Shown: positions 10,101 through 19,239 of the stretch, piece after piece
Layout: the number at the start of each line of letters is the position of its first letter
How positions within the stretch are numbered: the stretch's first letter is position 1
Source of the DNA: Schmidtea polychroa
Lineage: Eukaryota
NCBI GenBank assembly: GCA_044892525.1
Contig: CM097885.1
Coordinates: 212,102,001-212,166,000, forward strand
Direction of reading: 5' to 3'
Length of the DNA: 64,000 nt
The notes under the pieces: model-generated
Database searches by the model: none
What the model was told of the DNA's origin: nothing
Seen by the model: only the letters and a program-made list of their open reading frames with translations
Made by a program: the position numbers and the translations under genes

Positions 10101-13100
10101 GATAATGGGAGAAAAATACTCCCTAAGAGATATAGAGGAATGTAGACAGGCATCTCCGAATAAATTGGATATAGTAAAAAAGAAAGTCTCCTACCACGTA
10201 TACCAAGAATCAGATTTTATCCGAACACAAGCTAGAGAATGCGTAGTATCAAAGAAGGTGTTGGCGTATTACTGTGGACAATACTCATATTCAACCCTCA
10301 TATTACCTGGATTAGATAAAGAAATAGTACCTATACAACGAGAAGACTGTAAAGAGCTTTTTAGAACCGGAGCGATGAGAATCCGGGATGGAGTAACAAT
10401 ACACGGACAAAGCGGAATGATCAAGACGGAAAGTATCTACGTAGCCGGACGGGTAAAATCAACCGATGGATCATGCAACGGAGGTACATATACGATCCGA
10501 GGAGAGGTAATATCCGGAGTAGTAGTAATCGAGTCCTACACAGTGGAGTTGAAGGAATACGAAGCGCAATTCGACGCAAATAATTATCAAATGAAAACCA
10601 ACCCAGCATGCAGAGCTACGGAAAACGTGTGTAGAACGGGAATTTCGACTATAATATATGAAGCCAACACCCAAAAATGCCGACTCCAATTGTTAAAAAG
10701 TGCTCTATTCAATAAAGTAAAAGGAGAAATATACGAAAACGAAGATGACGATGAAGAGAATGGAAACGTAAGAATGCGAAATGGGAAACCAGTTCCACCA
10801 TCCCCCAAAGAAAAGAGACTCACAACACAAAAAACACCAACGGCATTAATTACAGATGATCCAGATATCGGTATGAGATTCATCAGAGAAAAAGAGACCA
10901 CCAAATGTGACAGTATAGTATACCGGACGAACTACGCAGGTATCTACATGTCAAGGCAAGTAATAGACCGAGCAGTGGGAAAGGTAGCAACGGAGGACGT
11001 AAAATTGTACTTGTATGCCAATAATAAGATGGACTTCTTATTCCATCGAGGACAAACAACAATGCAAAAAGTGTATTACGATCTTATACAAAATGACTGT
11101 TCATTGAATAAAGAGATACTAAAAACAAAATTAGCCATCGCAATAACACACCCAGATAACACAATGCCATCACTCCCGTTACCGGATGGACACTTTGGTA
11201 GAATGGTGGGAGAGGTAATGTATACATATGCATGTACCAAGACGTTTGCGCGACTACCAAGAAAACCCACAATTCCACCAGGGAAATGTGCAAACGAATT
11301 AGAAATTAGTTACAAAGGGCGGAACAGATTCGTTCAACCCGTCACTAGAATTATGAACCCAATTGGATTTTATCCGAACACCTTTAACTGTTCAAATGCA
11401 TACGGGCCATTTTATGAAAAACCCGATGGGAAATGGATAATGTTACCGTTAAAAGTCGAAGTGCAGGAACCTAAAAAGTTTGGATTAATAGAACTTGCAA
11501 CAGAACAGGATTTCAAACCAATTGATGTGTCAAAGGCGGGTATGTACTCACCAGAGGATTTAGAAACGGCACGATTAAACGTACTATTCCCAGCAAGGCG
11601 AGAGTCCATTTTATCAAATATGGTTACCATAACTGGTGGAACAAATTTTCAATCAAGTCCCAATTATGAACTATTATTATCACCGGATCATTTTCAACAA
11701 GCCACGTCAAACATGATGAAAGCAATGTGGGGAAGATTTCTAGTGTTCGGTCAAATGATGGCAGGAATATTGGGAATCATCTTAATTATTCAGATAGTCA
11801 GAGTAATATTGACCCAAATGTTGGCATGTTTCGATATATACAAACGAGAAAAGAAAGTAAATTGGAAGTTGATAGTAGGTTTTCTACCATTTTTGGCAAA
11901 AACAATGGTGTTGCACGGTCATTCTAAAGATATACACAGAATAAAACGATTAATCAAAATACTGACAAAAATAAAAGGGACAGACGAAGAAGTTGGCAGA
12001 CGATTCCGGAAAACAATGTATGATGAAGCAACGAGAGCGCAACTAAAAAAGAACAAACCAAAATTCTTCGACAGATTTAGGAATCGATCAAACAGCAGCG
12101 ATAGTGATGATGACGACAACGGGAATGACAAATATCCATATCCAAGTAGAAACCCGAATGAAAAACCAATAGAAACAGCGCCATATTGGGAGAAAGAAAA
12201 AACAAATACCTGGATAGCCAACGGAAGTTATATACCCCCAGATATTGTTGGACAACAAGCAGCTCTAACCATGACACAAAATATGTATCCACAGTTACCA
12301 AGTCAACCAGGAATGAATTATATGCCAACCCGAAGAACGAAAAGTGTAGATCAAGCAGACGACGTCAGAACAATAGCAGTAATGAGTTCACCTGGAGGCG
12401 CGGCAGTAACAGTCATGATCCAAATCAACGGGAAAGAGACAAGCGCAATGATAGATACCGGAGCAAATGTATCAGCAATAGCAATAAACCAAATACCCAG
12501 TAAATATTGGAAAGATATCGAACAAACAACTATCCATATTATTGCATGCAGTAAAGAAACCGTAGACGTAGTAGGAAGATGGTGGACTACGTTACGATAT
12601 CAAGATAATGAAATTGAAACGTATCTAGCGGTGATACCCAAACTGAGTGAACCATGTATAATCGGAACGGATTTAATGCCGGAGTTGTTCAAGGAAGTAG
12701 TAATTGATTTAACAACAATGTGTCTAAAAGACAAAATGGGTAGAATATGCAAGATGAACGCAATAATTAGATGCCCGGAGAAAATAATTGTACCAGCAAA
12801 ATCACAGATGATATGTCAAATAAAAGTGGATGCAGGAATGGAAGGAGAAGCCATTTTTGAGCCAAGCAAATCATTCGAAAAACGACGAGAATTACCATTA
12901 GCAAGAGAAATAATAACAATAAATGAAGAAGGGGAAATACCAATTAACATCACAAATTTCGAAGAGGAAGATAAAATCATATATGAAAATGAAAGATTGG
13001 GTAGATTGACACCCATGATAGACATCGAATTGCCAAAAATCACCAATGAATCAACGAAAGCTGAAGAATTATGGATAATTGATAGCACCTTGCTAACGGA

Positions 13101-16100
13101 AAAGGAGAAGGAAAGACTCCAACAACTATTGATAGAATATAAAGATATATTCGCAATTTCGGATTTGGATTTGGGAGCATGTGAGGTCACACTACACGCA
13201 ATACCATTAATAGACGAAACTCCAATTGCGTTACGACCATATAAACTAGCAGAGAAGCAAAAAGAGATAGCCGAAGCAGAAGTGCAAAAAATGCTAGATG
13301 CACAAGTGATCGAACCAAGTTGTTCGCCATGGCAATTTCCAGTAGTCATGGTGAAGAAAAAAGACGGTACTCAGAGATTCTGTATCGATTATCGGAAACT
13401 AAATGCAGTAACAAAAAGAGACACATACCCGTTACCAGACATCAATGAGATGTTACTTATGCTGCAGGGGGCCGCATATTTTACATCTTTAGATCTGAAA
13501 AGTGGATATTGGCAGATCAAAGTAAAGGAGGAAGACAAAGAGAAAACAGCATTCACATTGGGCCGAGATCTATACCAATTCAGGAAAATGCCGTTTGGAC
13601 TAACCAATGCCCCAGCATCATTTCAGAGATGTATGAATTTTGTCACACACGGGATCAAGCAGTGTATGGTATATATTGATGATTTATTAATATATTCAGC
13701 AACATATGAACAACATTTGGAAGATATCAGAAACGTGTTCATCCGATTACGACAATGGAAACTGAAACTTAAACCATCCAAATGTGATTGGGCAAAAGAA
13801 AAAGTTACGTTCTTAGGACACATAGTGTCAGCAAAAGGCAAAGAACCAGATCCAAGAAACATAGAAAAAATAAAAACATGTCCAGCACCAAAAACTGTCA
13901 CCCAAGTTCAAGAATTTCTCGGATTATGCGGATATTATCGTAAATTCATTAAAAACTATGCAGGTATTGCGAAACCAATCCAAGAGTTGGTGAAAAAAGA
14001 TATCTCATTTATTTGGGGAGCAGAACAGCAAAAAGCATTCGAAACACTACGAGACAAATTGATTGAAGCTCCAATACTAGTACATCCTGATTTCAAGAAA
14101 CCGTTCTTGTTAGCAACAGATGCCAGTGGATATGCAGCCGGAGCAATATTGGGACAACTCGACGAGGAAGGAAAAGAAAGAGTGATTGGATACTACAGCA
14201 GAACGTTTAAAAAGCATGAGAAAAACTATTCCGTAACTGAAAGAGAAGCGTTAGCAATAATACAAGCGATTAAGCACTTTCGATATTTGTTATGGGGACA
14301 CGAAATATGTATCACAACGGATCATCAACCATTAGTATGGCTCGGACAGCATAAAGAAGCTTCAAGTAGATTGATGCGATGGGCAATGCAGTTACAAGAA
14401 TATTCACCGTTCATAAAATCCAAAGCGGGAAGAGCAAATGCCAATGCAGATTGTATGTCCAGATTTATTTTTCCAGACTTAGTAGATCACGAAATGCAAC
14501 GAATATGTCTGATGGTAGCGGAAGATTTAGATTTTTGCCAATTACGGAAAGACCAACAAGAGGATGTAGAGTTGAAACAAATAATCGAGTATGTGAAAAC
14601 CGGGAAAGCAGAGGCATATGAGAAAGATCAAAAATTGAAAGAGCATATGGATAAACATCGACATCGATATATTATCGAGAAGGATTGGTTATTGATAATG
14701 GATGGGGAAAAGAGATTGATGTGCATCCCCGAGAATAGACGTAAAGATTTGCTAACGCAATACCATGACGGAAGACTCGGAGGACATATGTCATCTAAAA
14801 AGACGTTAGCACGGATGAAACAAAAATACTTCTGGCCTACGTTATCCGAAGACATAACGGAATGGGTGAAGAATTGTATAACTTGCGCAACCAGAAGAAA
14901 CACGGGAACAAAATGGAAGGCACCATTAAAGCCAATGCCAGTACCAGCAGAACCCATGACTATGATATCTATGGATGTAGTCGGTCCATTACCAGAATCA
15001 GATAGAGGGAATATTTACATATTGGTGATCACGGACTATCTGACTAAATTTCCCGAAGCATTCGCTATGGCAGACCAGAAAGCAAAAACAATCGCAAAAA
15101 TATTAGTAGAGGAAATATGTTGTCGATATGGAACGCCGAAACAAATACTGACCGATCAAGGAACAAATTTCATGAGTGAGATAATGAGCGAAGTAACCAA
15201 TTACTTCAAGATTGCAAAATTAAGAACATCACCGTACCACCCACAAACAAATGGTATGACAGAAAGATTCAACGGAACCTTGATCCAGATGTTATCAAAT
15301 TATGTCGATCGTCATCAACGAGACTGGGATGAATACATAAAATTATGTCTAATGGCTTACAGAATGTCGATTCACGCGTCCACAAAGATGAGTCCGTTCA
15401 AGTTGATGTACGGCAGAGAATGCAATATGCCAATGGATTTGGAGTATCAGCCACCAATATCACAATACATGGAAATAGACGATTACGTAACCAAGTTCAA
15501 GGAAAGAATGCAGGAAATCTGGGAAACTGCAGGATTGAATGTAAAATTTTATCAAGAAAGTTACAAAGATTTACATGATAGAAAGAAAAACGTCAAACCA
15601 CATACGTTTCAAACAGGCGATTGGGTGATGATCGAAACACCGGAATTGATTCCAGGAACCACCAAAAAATTGCAACGAAACGGCAAAGGACCGTATGAAA
15701 TTTTATTCGTCGGAGAAACTAATGTAAGAGTACGATTAGTGAACAACCCTTTTACAAGACCAATATACGTAAATGTTGCACGATGTAAGCCAATTCCGAA
15801 AACCGCCACCAGTCAGCCAGAAGGACGCACATTAACGACAAGATCACAAACGTATAGAATAAATATGTTACAGCAGATAAACGAACCAACAGGTAATCGA
15901 TTGGGGTTACAACCCTCAGAAGCCGAGAAAATCATAAAGGAAGTAAAAGCTAAAATGCCCGGATGGGCAAAAGACAGATTAGATTTTGAGATATTGGGAG
16001 GTCTGCTAACAATGATAGAAAACTATGCCAATCGAGAAAGAACACACCCATTACTCAGAGTGGTTAAAAGTCAATGGCCTATATTATTCACAATCACAGA

Positions 16101-18927
16101 TCACTACGGAGATACACCACTACACAAACTTTTAAAGGTTGGTAATAATGAACAAATACTAGAGACAATTGAAGAATTTCGCGACTGTAACATTTCGACA
16201 GATCAAGAAAACAACCAAGGTTACACTCCACTAATGATAGCAGCCAATCGGGATAAAGCTAAAGATATTATTATCGCATTACTTGAAACTGGGTCAAAGA
16301 TAACCACACAAGATCACCACCAGAAAAATGCACTACATCATGCAATCGAAGGGAAAAGTACGGAAGCCTTCATAATCTTAGTAGATCTATTATCGTACGA
16401 GGATAATAGGGAGATAGGAAACATGTATGACGGGCTATTAACCGCGATCAAAGAGAAATTAATAACAATTACTGGATTACTAATTGCATGGAGGAACCCG
16501 ATCAAAAACGATTATATGGTAGATATAAACGAAACATTTACCAAAGGGGAAAACACCTTGATGAGAGAAGCGATGAGAGGACATCACCTATTCGAAATTC
16601 CCAATCAACTACTACAACGTGGCATAAAGTTTTCAAATCACAAAGACGAACAACTAATCAGAAAACGGATTACCAACTTCGAAAAAACTATATCTCAATT
16701 TACCGATAAAGTACAAGTAAAATATTGGGAAACCGTGAGTGTATTATCTATGATGGAAACTATGAATAACATTCGAGAAAACTACCTAAGTATTATTCAA
16801 GTTCTAACGGCAGAGGAACGCATTAACAGTTCGAACAAGAAAAAGATAAAAATGAAGAAAGTAAAAGCAAGAGAGTCTGAGGAACAAGTCGATCAAATAA
16901 TAACCGATATAGCAACAACAAGTAAACCAAAGATAATAAACTCAGACCAAGAGATAATACTACGCAAAGCCAAAGAGGTGTTCTTTGAAGAAATGCGAGA
17001 TTTATCTGACGAAGCAATACTATCAAAAATAATAAAAACAGTACACACCTACGCAAGAGATCAGACCACAAATCTAGACATAGGAAAAATAAAAACATTC
17101 ATACCACTAGCATTCACCTTACCAACGAAAGATTCAAGAACACCATTACAACAAGCAATATTAGCAGCAAAAGAAAACAGAGCAATAACCATCATAAGAA
17201 TTCTTAGAGATTTCGGAGAAGAATCAAATGCAAAAAATGAACAAGGAGAAACAGCAATGATGTATGCAGCAATAACAAATATACACCCGAAAACCTTACA
17301 TATACTACACCAATCAGGTTCGAGACTTGACGAGAAATCAAACGAGGGAAATTCTGCCATGGATTGGGCAACAATACAACCAAACTTGGAGATGATTAGA
17401 TTCATTTGTAAAAATGCTACAAGAACTGAGGTAGAAAATATCTGTAAAAACACGTCACAGTTCCAATGGAATACGATACGGAAAAGCTTAGAAGCCATGA
17501 AGTTATTGTTAACCTGGAAAATACCACAAAGCAATAAATATGCAATAAATATAAATGAGTTCTACGAAAACGGAGAAAATGCTATGGTTAAGAATACGTT
17601 GACAAAAGGAGGAACTCCGAAAATCATAATGATCGTATTGAACAGAGAAGACCTCAAATTCACGCAAAATCAAAACGAACAAAAGCGAATCGGAAAACAT
17701 CGTCGAATACAATTAAGGGAATTGGTAAAAGAATGGAATAGAAAAAGACATGCAGCAACAGGAAGAAAAGAGTTTGAATTCGAAGCAAAATTAGCAAGAA
17801 ATAGAGTGCTAACAGCATATCGCAGATTGTTGAACGATATAAATGTCGAGGACGACATTTTAAACGACAGCGGGAGAGATAAAGACGACGATAATGATGA
17901 AACAGGTCAAAACGGGAATGGAGAGAAAGAGAAATCAAAGGAGAATAATCAAGGGAATAACGACTCAAGTATAAAAAAGGAGGAAAATAAACCGGGAAAC
18001 CGAACAAAGGAAGAGGAAAAGACGAATAATGGGAAACAGAGGGTATGCCTACTTTTTACCAACAAGGAAATGGAGACAAATATGATGATAATGATACTCA
18101 TACTAACAATGGTAGAAATGATAACAGCCCACGGTGGAATGAGAACGATAAAAGAAGCCAAAGAAACGGAAAATAAAGACAACAAAGAGGAAGAACTAAA
18201 ACAAGAAAAGAAAAAGCAAGTACAAGAACAACAATGGGATTTGAAGGAGGAATGGAATCTAAAAGAAAGGTGCATACTAGGAAGATGTGTGTCGAGAGCA
18301 TATCAGAGACTAGTGTTAATAAACGAAGATACAGAACCGATAACGGAAGTAAGAATACAAGAAGCATACCGAAATCGAGACGGAAGGAGAATAACGAAAG
18401 TCAAAGGGAAGGAGGTACACCTGGAAAAAGGAGGTGAGGTAGTGATAACGCAACTCCAGCCAAGAAAAGAACACAAAGTCTGCATTTCAAGATTAGGACC
18501 GGGTGAAGACTGTCTACAATATGTAACACAGCAACAACCTCCAAAAGAATACACAGTATGCATCTGGAGAAAAGATACAGCGAGAGAATGTCGACGATAC
18601 CCTGGGAAAAGAGGGAAGAAAAGAAAAAGCAACGATGAGAAAGAGGAGGAAGAAAAGCGCAAGAAAACTAGTGAGAAATATCAAGATAATTACGTGTCAG
18701 AAGAAGAAATGGAAAAAATACAAAAAATGGCAAAGGAAGGGATCAATGAGGAAATAACGAAAATACGGGGATTGGAGAAAGGAAAAAGCCAAACAGAGAA
18801 AGATGCAGAAACAGCAAGTACAATAACAGGCAATGGAAACTCAGAGACCATCAGTGTAAAGCAGATGATATGGATCAGCGGAATAATAATAATCGGAGCG
18901 TTCATAACTATAACGGGGGGACGATAA
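7189..18927 (+). CDS. pol: 3912-aa polyprotein: Ubl x3 - Bcl-2-like - Env-like glycoprotein - PR - RT - RNase H - IN - ankyrin x2 - C-terminal membrane protein
   Basis: Uninterrupted ORF. Motifs IDTGA (PR), YIDD (RT), TDASG/EREALA/TDHQPL (RH), HHCC + DVVGP/TDQG/ERFN + GPY (IN). Confidence 0.96.
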   Translation: MEKMKQAETTRYVIKIGTSKGLERIWIKNTVTDELFDWIREHLGSSRKKEYLYQYQGEQIKPDMHLIDALIWPGETQILKLHKEKQPTNVHEWAKDAKAEYDFNIKLKLEQIKQCTLRRNLDKLIKQIQEQVEDNWDLLIARRTPDMHELMSRLRDTELLRMSDWRTINLIHKYGRLKETQPQKLEITIWLPNEEKRRIKMSNQSTVDDLVSKINQEITEKVRSESSDGMIDDVVMMYDKIILRAEDDTSLSEMGMWDNHQIIRILPMDEFRTRDVTYQKEIRDRMKTLYQKSVEIIEIHQQWLKEKELQGKIRKLSVRSCRRTPWERMWNAENKEWEIRKGIFVETDIGEIESESEEEEDEPPKYEEDEIESISDDESETDVTSESETEIRHIRAMRKKEREYADIDGEEAKEARDREERERYKQLSDILETGTKNQKRQTIALANFILKISDNIQYLREIVKTIEEYRRYNEWYPEQLEQIIGKWRNHEWSQDTQERYRIRIKYPDKTVEEVEVHPTTKIRELKKKLAYETPFHLQLQGKSLDDNVDVGITPMRLGEINVLTMAETLGKPIKRKSKSSKTTKGSLSTPSPDKVASKSNETEEIEEIILEDSDEGAGERSPILVRWPTGAEIWTTSQPSTSYQQPSKLSIEEIIDNTTETETDEQFQRQKGSMRITPEGQTDKIIDEWNEWLRNNDSSLPRTDNERNPSYERTREAGTMMEKRAKGRPKKQGEKPEFKTREQLKQEQGQVRLEKLDKIVWDLKEAQPTIERGEKWIRELVKDMLIITSPQLRRLWQRKVASVDARQLWNVISGIIPKLIKEKTKTTKTDWEETRRVIEQLTLNANDDEHHLVVLTYLMYNLMGLAARKIPNKQFANHVEMTVTIIENTIEPHIIRAGGWKRLIQAPRKNEQERSMQIRLKKLLNELEWELPLKDPASRKASINSLMMTMMIWMLCTSGAAGFTIYDCDNSIMGEKYSLRDIEECRQASPNKLDIVKKKVSYHVYQESDFIRTQARECVVSKKVLAYYCGQYSYSTLILPGLDKEIVPIQREDCKELFRTGAMRIRDGVTIHGQSGMIKTESIYVAGRVKSTDGSCNGGTYTIRGEVISGVVVIESYTVELKEYEAQFDANNYQMKTNPACRATENVCRTGISTIIYEANTQKCRLQLLKSALFNKVKGEIYENEDDDEENGNVRMRNGKPVPPSPKEKRLTTQKTPTALITDDPDIGMRFIREKETTKCDSIVYRTNYAGIYMSRQVIDRAVGKVATEDVKLYLYANNKMDFLFHRGQTTMQKVYYDLIQNDCSLNKEILKTKLAIAITHPDNTMPSLPLPDGHFGRMVGEVMYTYACTKTFARLPRKPTIPPGKCANELEISYKGRNRFVQPVTRIMNPIGFYPNTFNCSNAYGPFYEKPDGKWIMLPLKVEVQEPKKFGLIELATEQDFKPIDVSKAGMYSPEDLETARLNVLFPARRESILSNMVTITGGTNFQSSPNYELLLSPDHFQQATSNMMKAMWGRFLVFGQMMAGILGIILIIQIVRVILTQMLACFDIYKREKKVNWKLIVGFLPFLAKTMVLHGHSKDIHRIKRLIKILTKIKGTDEEVGRRFRKTMYDEATRAQLKKNKPKFFDRFRNRSNSSDSDDDDNGNDKYPYPSRNPNEKPIETAPYWEKEKTNTWIANGSYIPPDIVGQQAALTMTQNMYPQLPSQPGMNYMPTRRTKSVDQADDVRTIAVMSSPGGAAVTVMIQINGKETSAMIDTGANVSAIAINQIPSKYWKDIEQTTIHIIACSKETVDVVGRWWTTLRYQDNEIETYLAVIPKLSEPCIIGTDLMPELFKEVVIDLTTMCLKDKMGRICKMNAIIRCPEKIIVPAKSQMICQIKVDAGMEGEAIFEPSKSFEKRRELPLAREIITINEEGEIPINITNFEEEDKIIYENERLGRLTPMIDIELPKITNESTKAEELWIIDSTLLTEKEKERLQQLLIEYKDIFAISDLDLGACEVTLHAIPLIDETPIALRPYKLAEKQKEIAEAEVQKMLDAQVIEPSCSPWQFPVVMVKKKDGTQRFCIDYRKLNAVTKRDTYPLPDINEMLLMLQGAAYFTSLDLKSGYWQIKVKEEDKEKTAFTLGRDLYQFRKMPFGLTNAPASFQRCMNFVTHGIKQCMVYIDDLLIYSATYEQHLEDIRNVFIRLRQWKLKLKPSKCDWAKEKVTFLGHIVSAKGKEPDPRNIEKIKTCPAPKTVTQVQEFLGLCGYYRKFIKNYAGIAKPIQELVKKDISFIWGAEQQKAFETLRDKLIEAPILVHPDFKKPFLLATDASGYAAGAILGQLDEEGKERVIGYYSRTFKKHEKNYSVTEREALAIIQAIKHFRYLLWGHEICITTDHQPLVWLGQHKEASSRLMRWAMQLQEYSPFIKSKAGRANANADCMSRFIFPDLVDHEMQRICLMVAEDLDFCQLRKDQQEDVELKQIIEYVKTGKAEAYEKDQKLKEHMDKHRHRYIIEKDWLLIMDGEKRLMCIPENRRKDLLTQYHDGRLGGHMSSKKTLARMKQKYFWPTLSEDITEWVKNCITCATRRNTGTKWKAPLKPMPVPAEPMTMISMDVVGPLPESDRGNIYILVITDYLTKFPEAFAMADQKAKTIAKILVEEICCRYGTPKQILTDQGTNFMSEIMSEVTNYFKIAKLRTSPYHPQTNGMTERFNGTLIQMLSNYVDRHQRDWDEYIKLCLMAYRMSIHASTKMSPFKLMYGRECNMPMDLEYQPPISQYMEIDDYVTKFKERMQEIWETAGLNVKFYQESYKDLHDRKKNVKPHTFQTGDWVMIETPELIPGTTKKLQRNGKGPYEILFVGETNVRVRLVNNPFTRPIYVNVARCKPIPKTATSQPEGRTLTTRSQTYRINMLQQINEPTGNRLGLQPSEAEKIIKEVKAKMPGWAKDRLDFEILGGLLTMIENYANRERTHPLLRVVKSQWPILFTITDHYGDTPLHKLLKVGNNEQILETIEEFRDCNISTDQENNQGYTPLMIAANRDKAKDIIIALLETGSKITTQDHHQKNALHHAIEGKSTEAFIILVDLLSYEDNREIGNMYDGLLTAIKEKLITITGLLIAWRNPIKNDYMVDINETFTKGENTLMREAMRGHHLFEIPNQLLQRGIKFSNHKDEQLIRKRITNFEKTISQFTDKVQVKYWETVSVLSMMETMNNIRENYLSIIQVLTAEERINSSNKKKIKMKKVKARESEEQVDQIITDIATTSKPKIINSDQEIILRKAKEVFFEEMRDLSDEAILSKIIKTVHTYARDQTTNLDIGKIKTFIPLAFTLPTKDSRTPLQQAILAAKENRAITIIRILRDFGEESNAKNEQGETAMMYAAITNIHPKTLHILHQSGSRLDEKSNEGNSAMDWATIQPNLEMIRFICKNATRTEVENICKNTSQFQWNTIRKSLEAMKLLLTWKIPQSNKYAININEFYENGENAMVKNTLTKGGTPKIIMIVLNREDLKFTQNQNEQKRIGKHRRIQLRELVKEWNRKRHAATGRKEFEFEAKLARNRVLTAYRRLLNDINVEDDILNDSGRDKDDDNDETGQNGNGEKEKSKENNQGNNDSSIKKEENKPGNRTKEEEKTNNGKQRVCLLFTNKEMETNMMIMILILTMVEMITAHGGMRTIKEAKETENKDNKEEELKQEKKKQVQEQQWDLKEEWNLKERCILGRCVSRAYQRLVLINEDTEPITEVRIQEAYRNRDGRRITKVKGKEVHLEKGGEVVITQLQPRKEHKVCISRLGPGEDCLQYVTQQQPPKEYTVCIWRKDTARECRRYPGKRGKKRKSNDEKEEEEKRKKTSEKYQDNYVSEEEMEKIQKMAKEGINEEITKIRGLEKGKSQTEKDAETASTITGNGNSETISVKQMIWISGIIIIGAFITITGGR
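7219..8880 (+). other. Three ubiquitin-like (beta-grasp) domains in the polyprotein N-terminus (about 7219-7434, 7741-7986, 8686-8880)
   Basis: IRIKYPDKTVEEVEVHPTTKIRELKKKL..FHLQLQGKSLDDN and LEITIWLPNEEKRRIKMSNQSTVDDLVSKI..EDDTSLSEMGM follow the ubiquitin pattern. The first copy is weaker. Confidence 0.65.
9460..9905 (+). other. Divergent Bcl-2-like domain in the polyprotein
   Basis: BH2-like IEPHIIRAGGWKRL versus Bcl-xL LEPWIQENGGWDTF. Upstream VIEQL..DEHHLVVL aligns to VVNELF..NWGRIVAF with a one-residue gap. Degenerate BH3-like QLRRL. Confidence 0.6.
10021..11916 (+). other. env: Envelope-like class III (chuvirus/gB-type) glycoprotein with signal peptide and C-terminal TM region
   Basis: Signal LMMTMMIWMLCTSGAAG, then FTIYDC..YSLRDIEEC..Q.S..C.V..YYCGQYSYS..C, the N-terminal pattern of chuvirus-type G proteins. 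TM WGRFLVFGQMMAGILGIILIIQIVRVIL at about 11728-11820. Confidence 0.8.
12406..12690 (+). other. Aspartic protease domain
   Basis: VMIQINGKETSAMIDTGANVS (catalytic D at 12454) and CIIGTDLM. Confidence 0.93.
13200..14460 (+). other. Reverse transcriptase and RNase H domains
   Basis: SPWQFPVVMVKKKDG, CIDYRKLN, DLKSGYWQI, MPFGLTNAPASFQR, YIDD (13672), TDASG, NADCMSR. Confidence 0.97.
14740..15790 (+). other. Integrase domain (HHCC, DDE core, GPY/F)
   Basis: YHDGRLGGH..CITC, MDVVGPLP, LTDQGTNF, PQTNGMTERFN, KGPYEI. Confidence 0.96.
15860..17850 (+). other. Tandemly duplicated ankyrin-repeat module after integrase
   Basis: GDTPLH, GYTPLMIAA, KNALHHAI, GENTLM in copy A. SRTPLQQAI, GETAMMYAA, GNSAMDWA, GENAMV in copy B. 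The A and B flanks align to each other. Confidence 0.88.
18070..18927 (+). other. C-terminal polyprotein segment: signal-like hydrophobic stretch, Cys-paired domain, terminal TM anchor
   Basis: MMIMILILTMVEMITAHG; repeated CISRLGPGEDC / CIWRKDTAREC; terminal MIWISGIIIIGAFITITGGR*. Confidence 0.55.
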
Positions 18928-19239
18928 AAATAATCCGAGATAAACAACAGCGTAACAAACTCGAAATGATCAGAGCCAGAAATTTTCAACATCGAGTAAA
19001 AAGGCCCAGTAACATGAGCCAAGAACAGTGGATGGAGGCCTGGAATACGCAGTGCCCTCCAAATCCACAAATATAGAAAGGGTCATGACTGTATATAATT
19101 GTAAAAAGTAAGTATATCTTATGTATATAACAGTATCATATTTTTATATAAGCGCGGTATTACTAGTATATAACGATCGGGAGAAATAAACAATATAAAT
19201 TTAAATAAGACAAAGATTGAGAATATATAAAAATTAGGA

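Noticed and set aside
12283-12300. YPQL late-domain-like motif in the Env cytoplasmic tail
   Set aside because: A four-residue motif is easily random; not supportable without conservation data.
18870-19076. 68-aa ORF overlapping the polyprotein end
   Set aside because: Short, no motif, and lacks the acceptor context shared by the other accessory ORFs.
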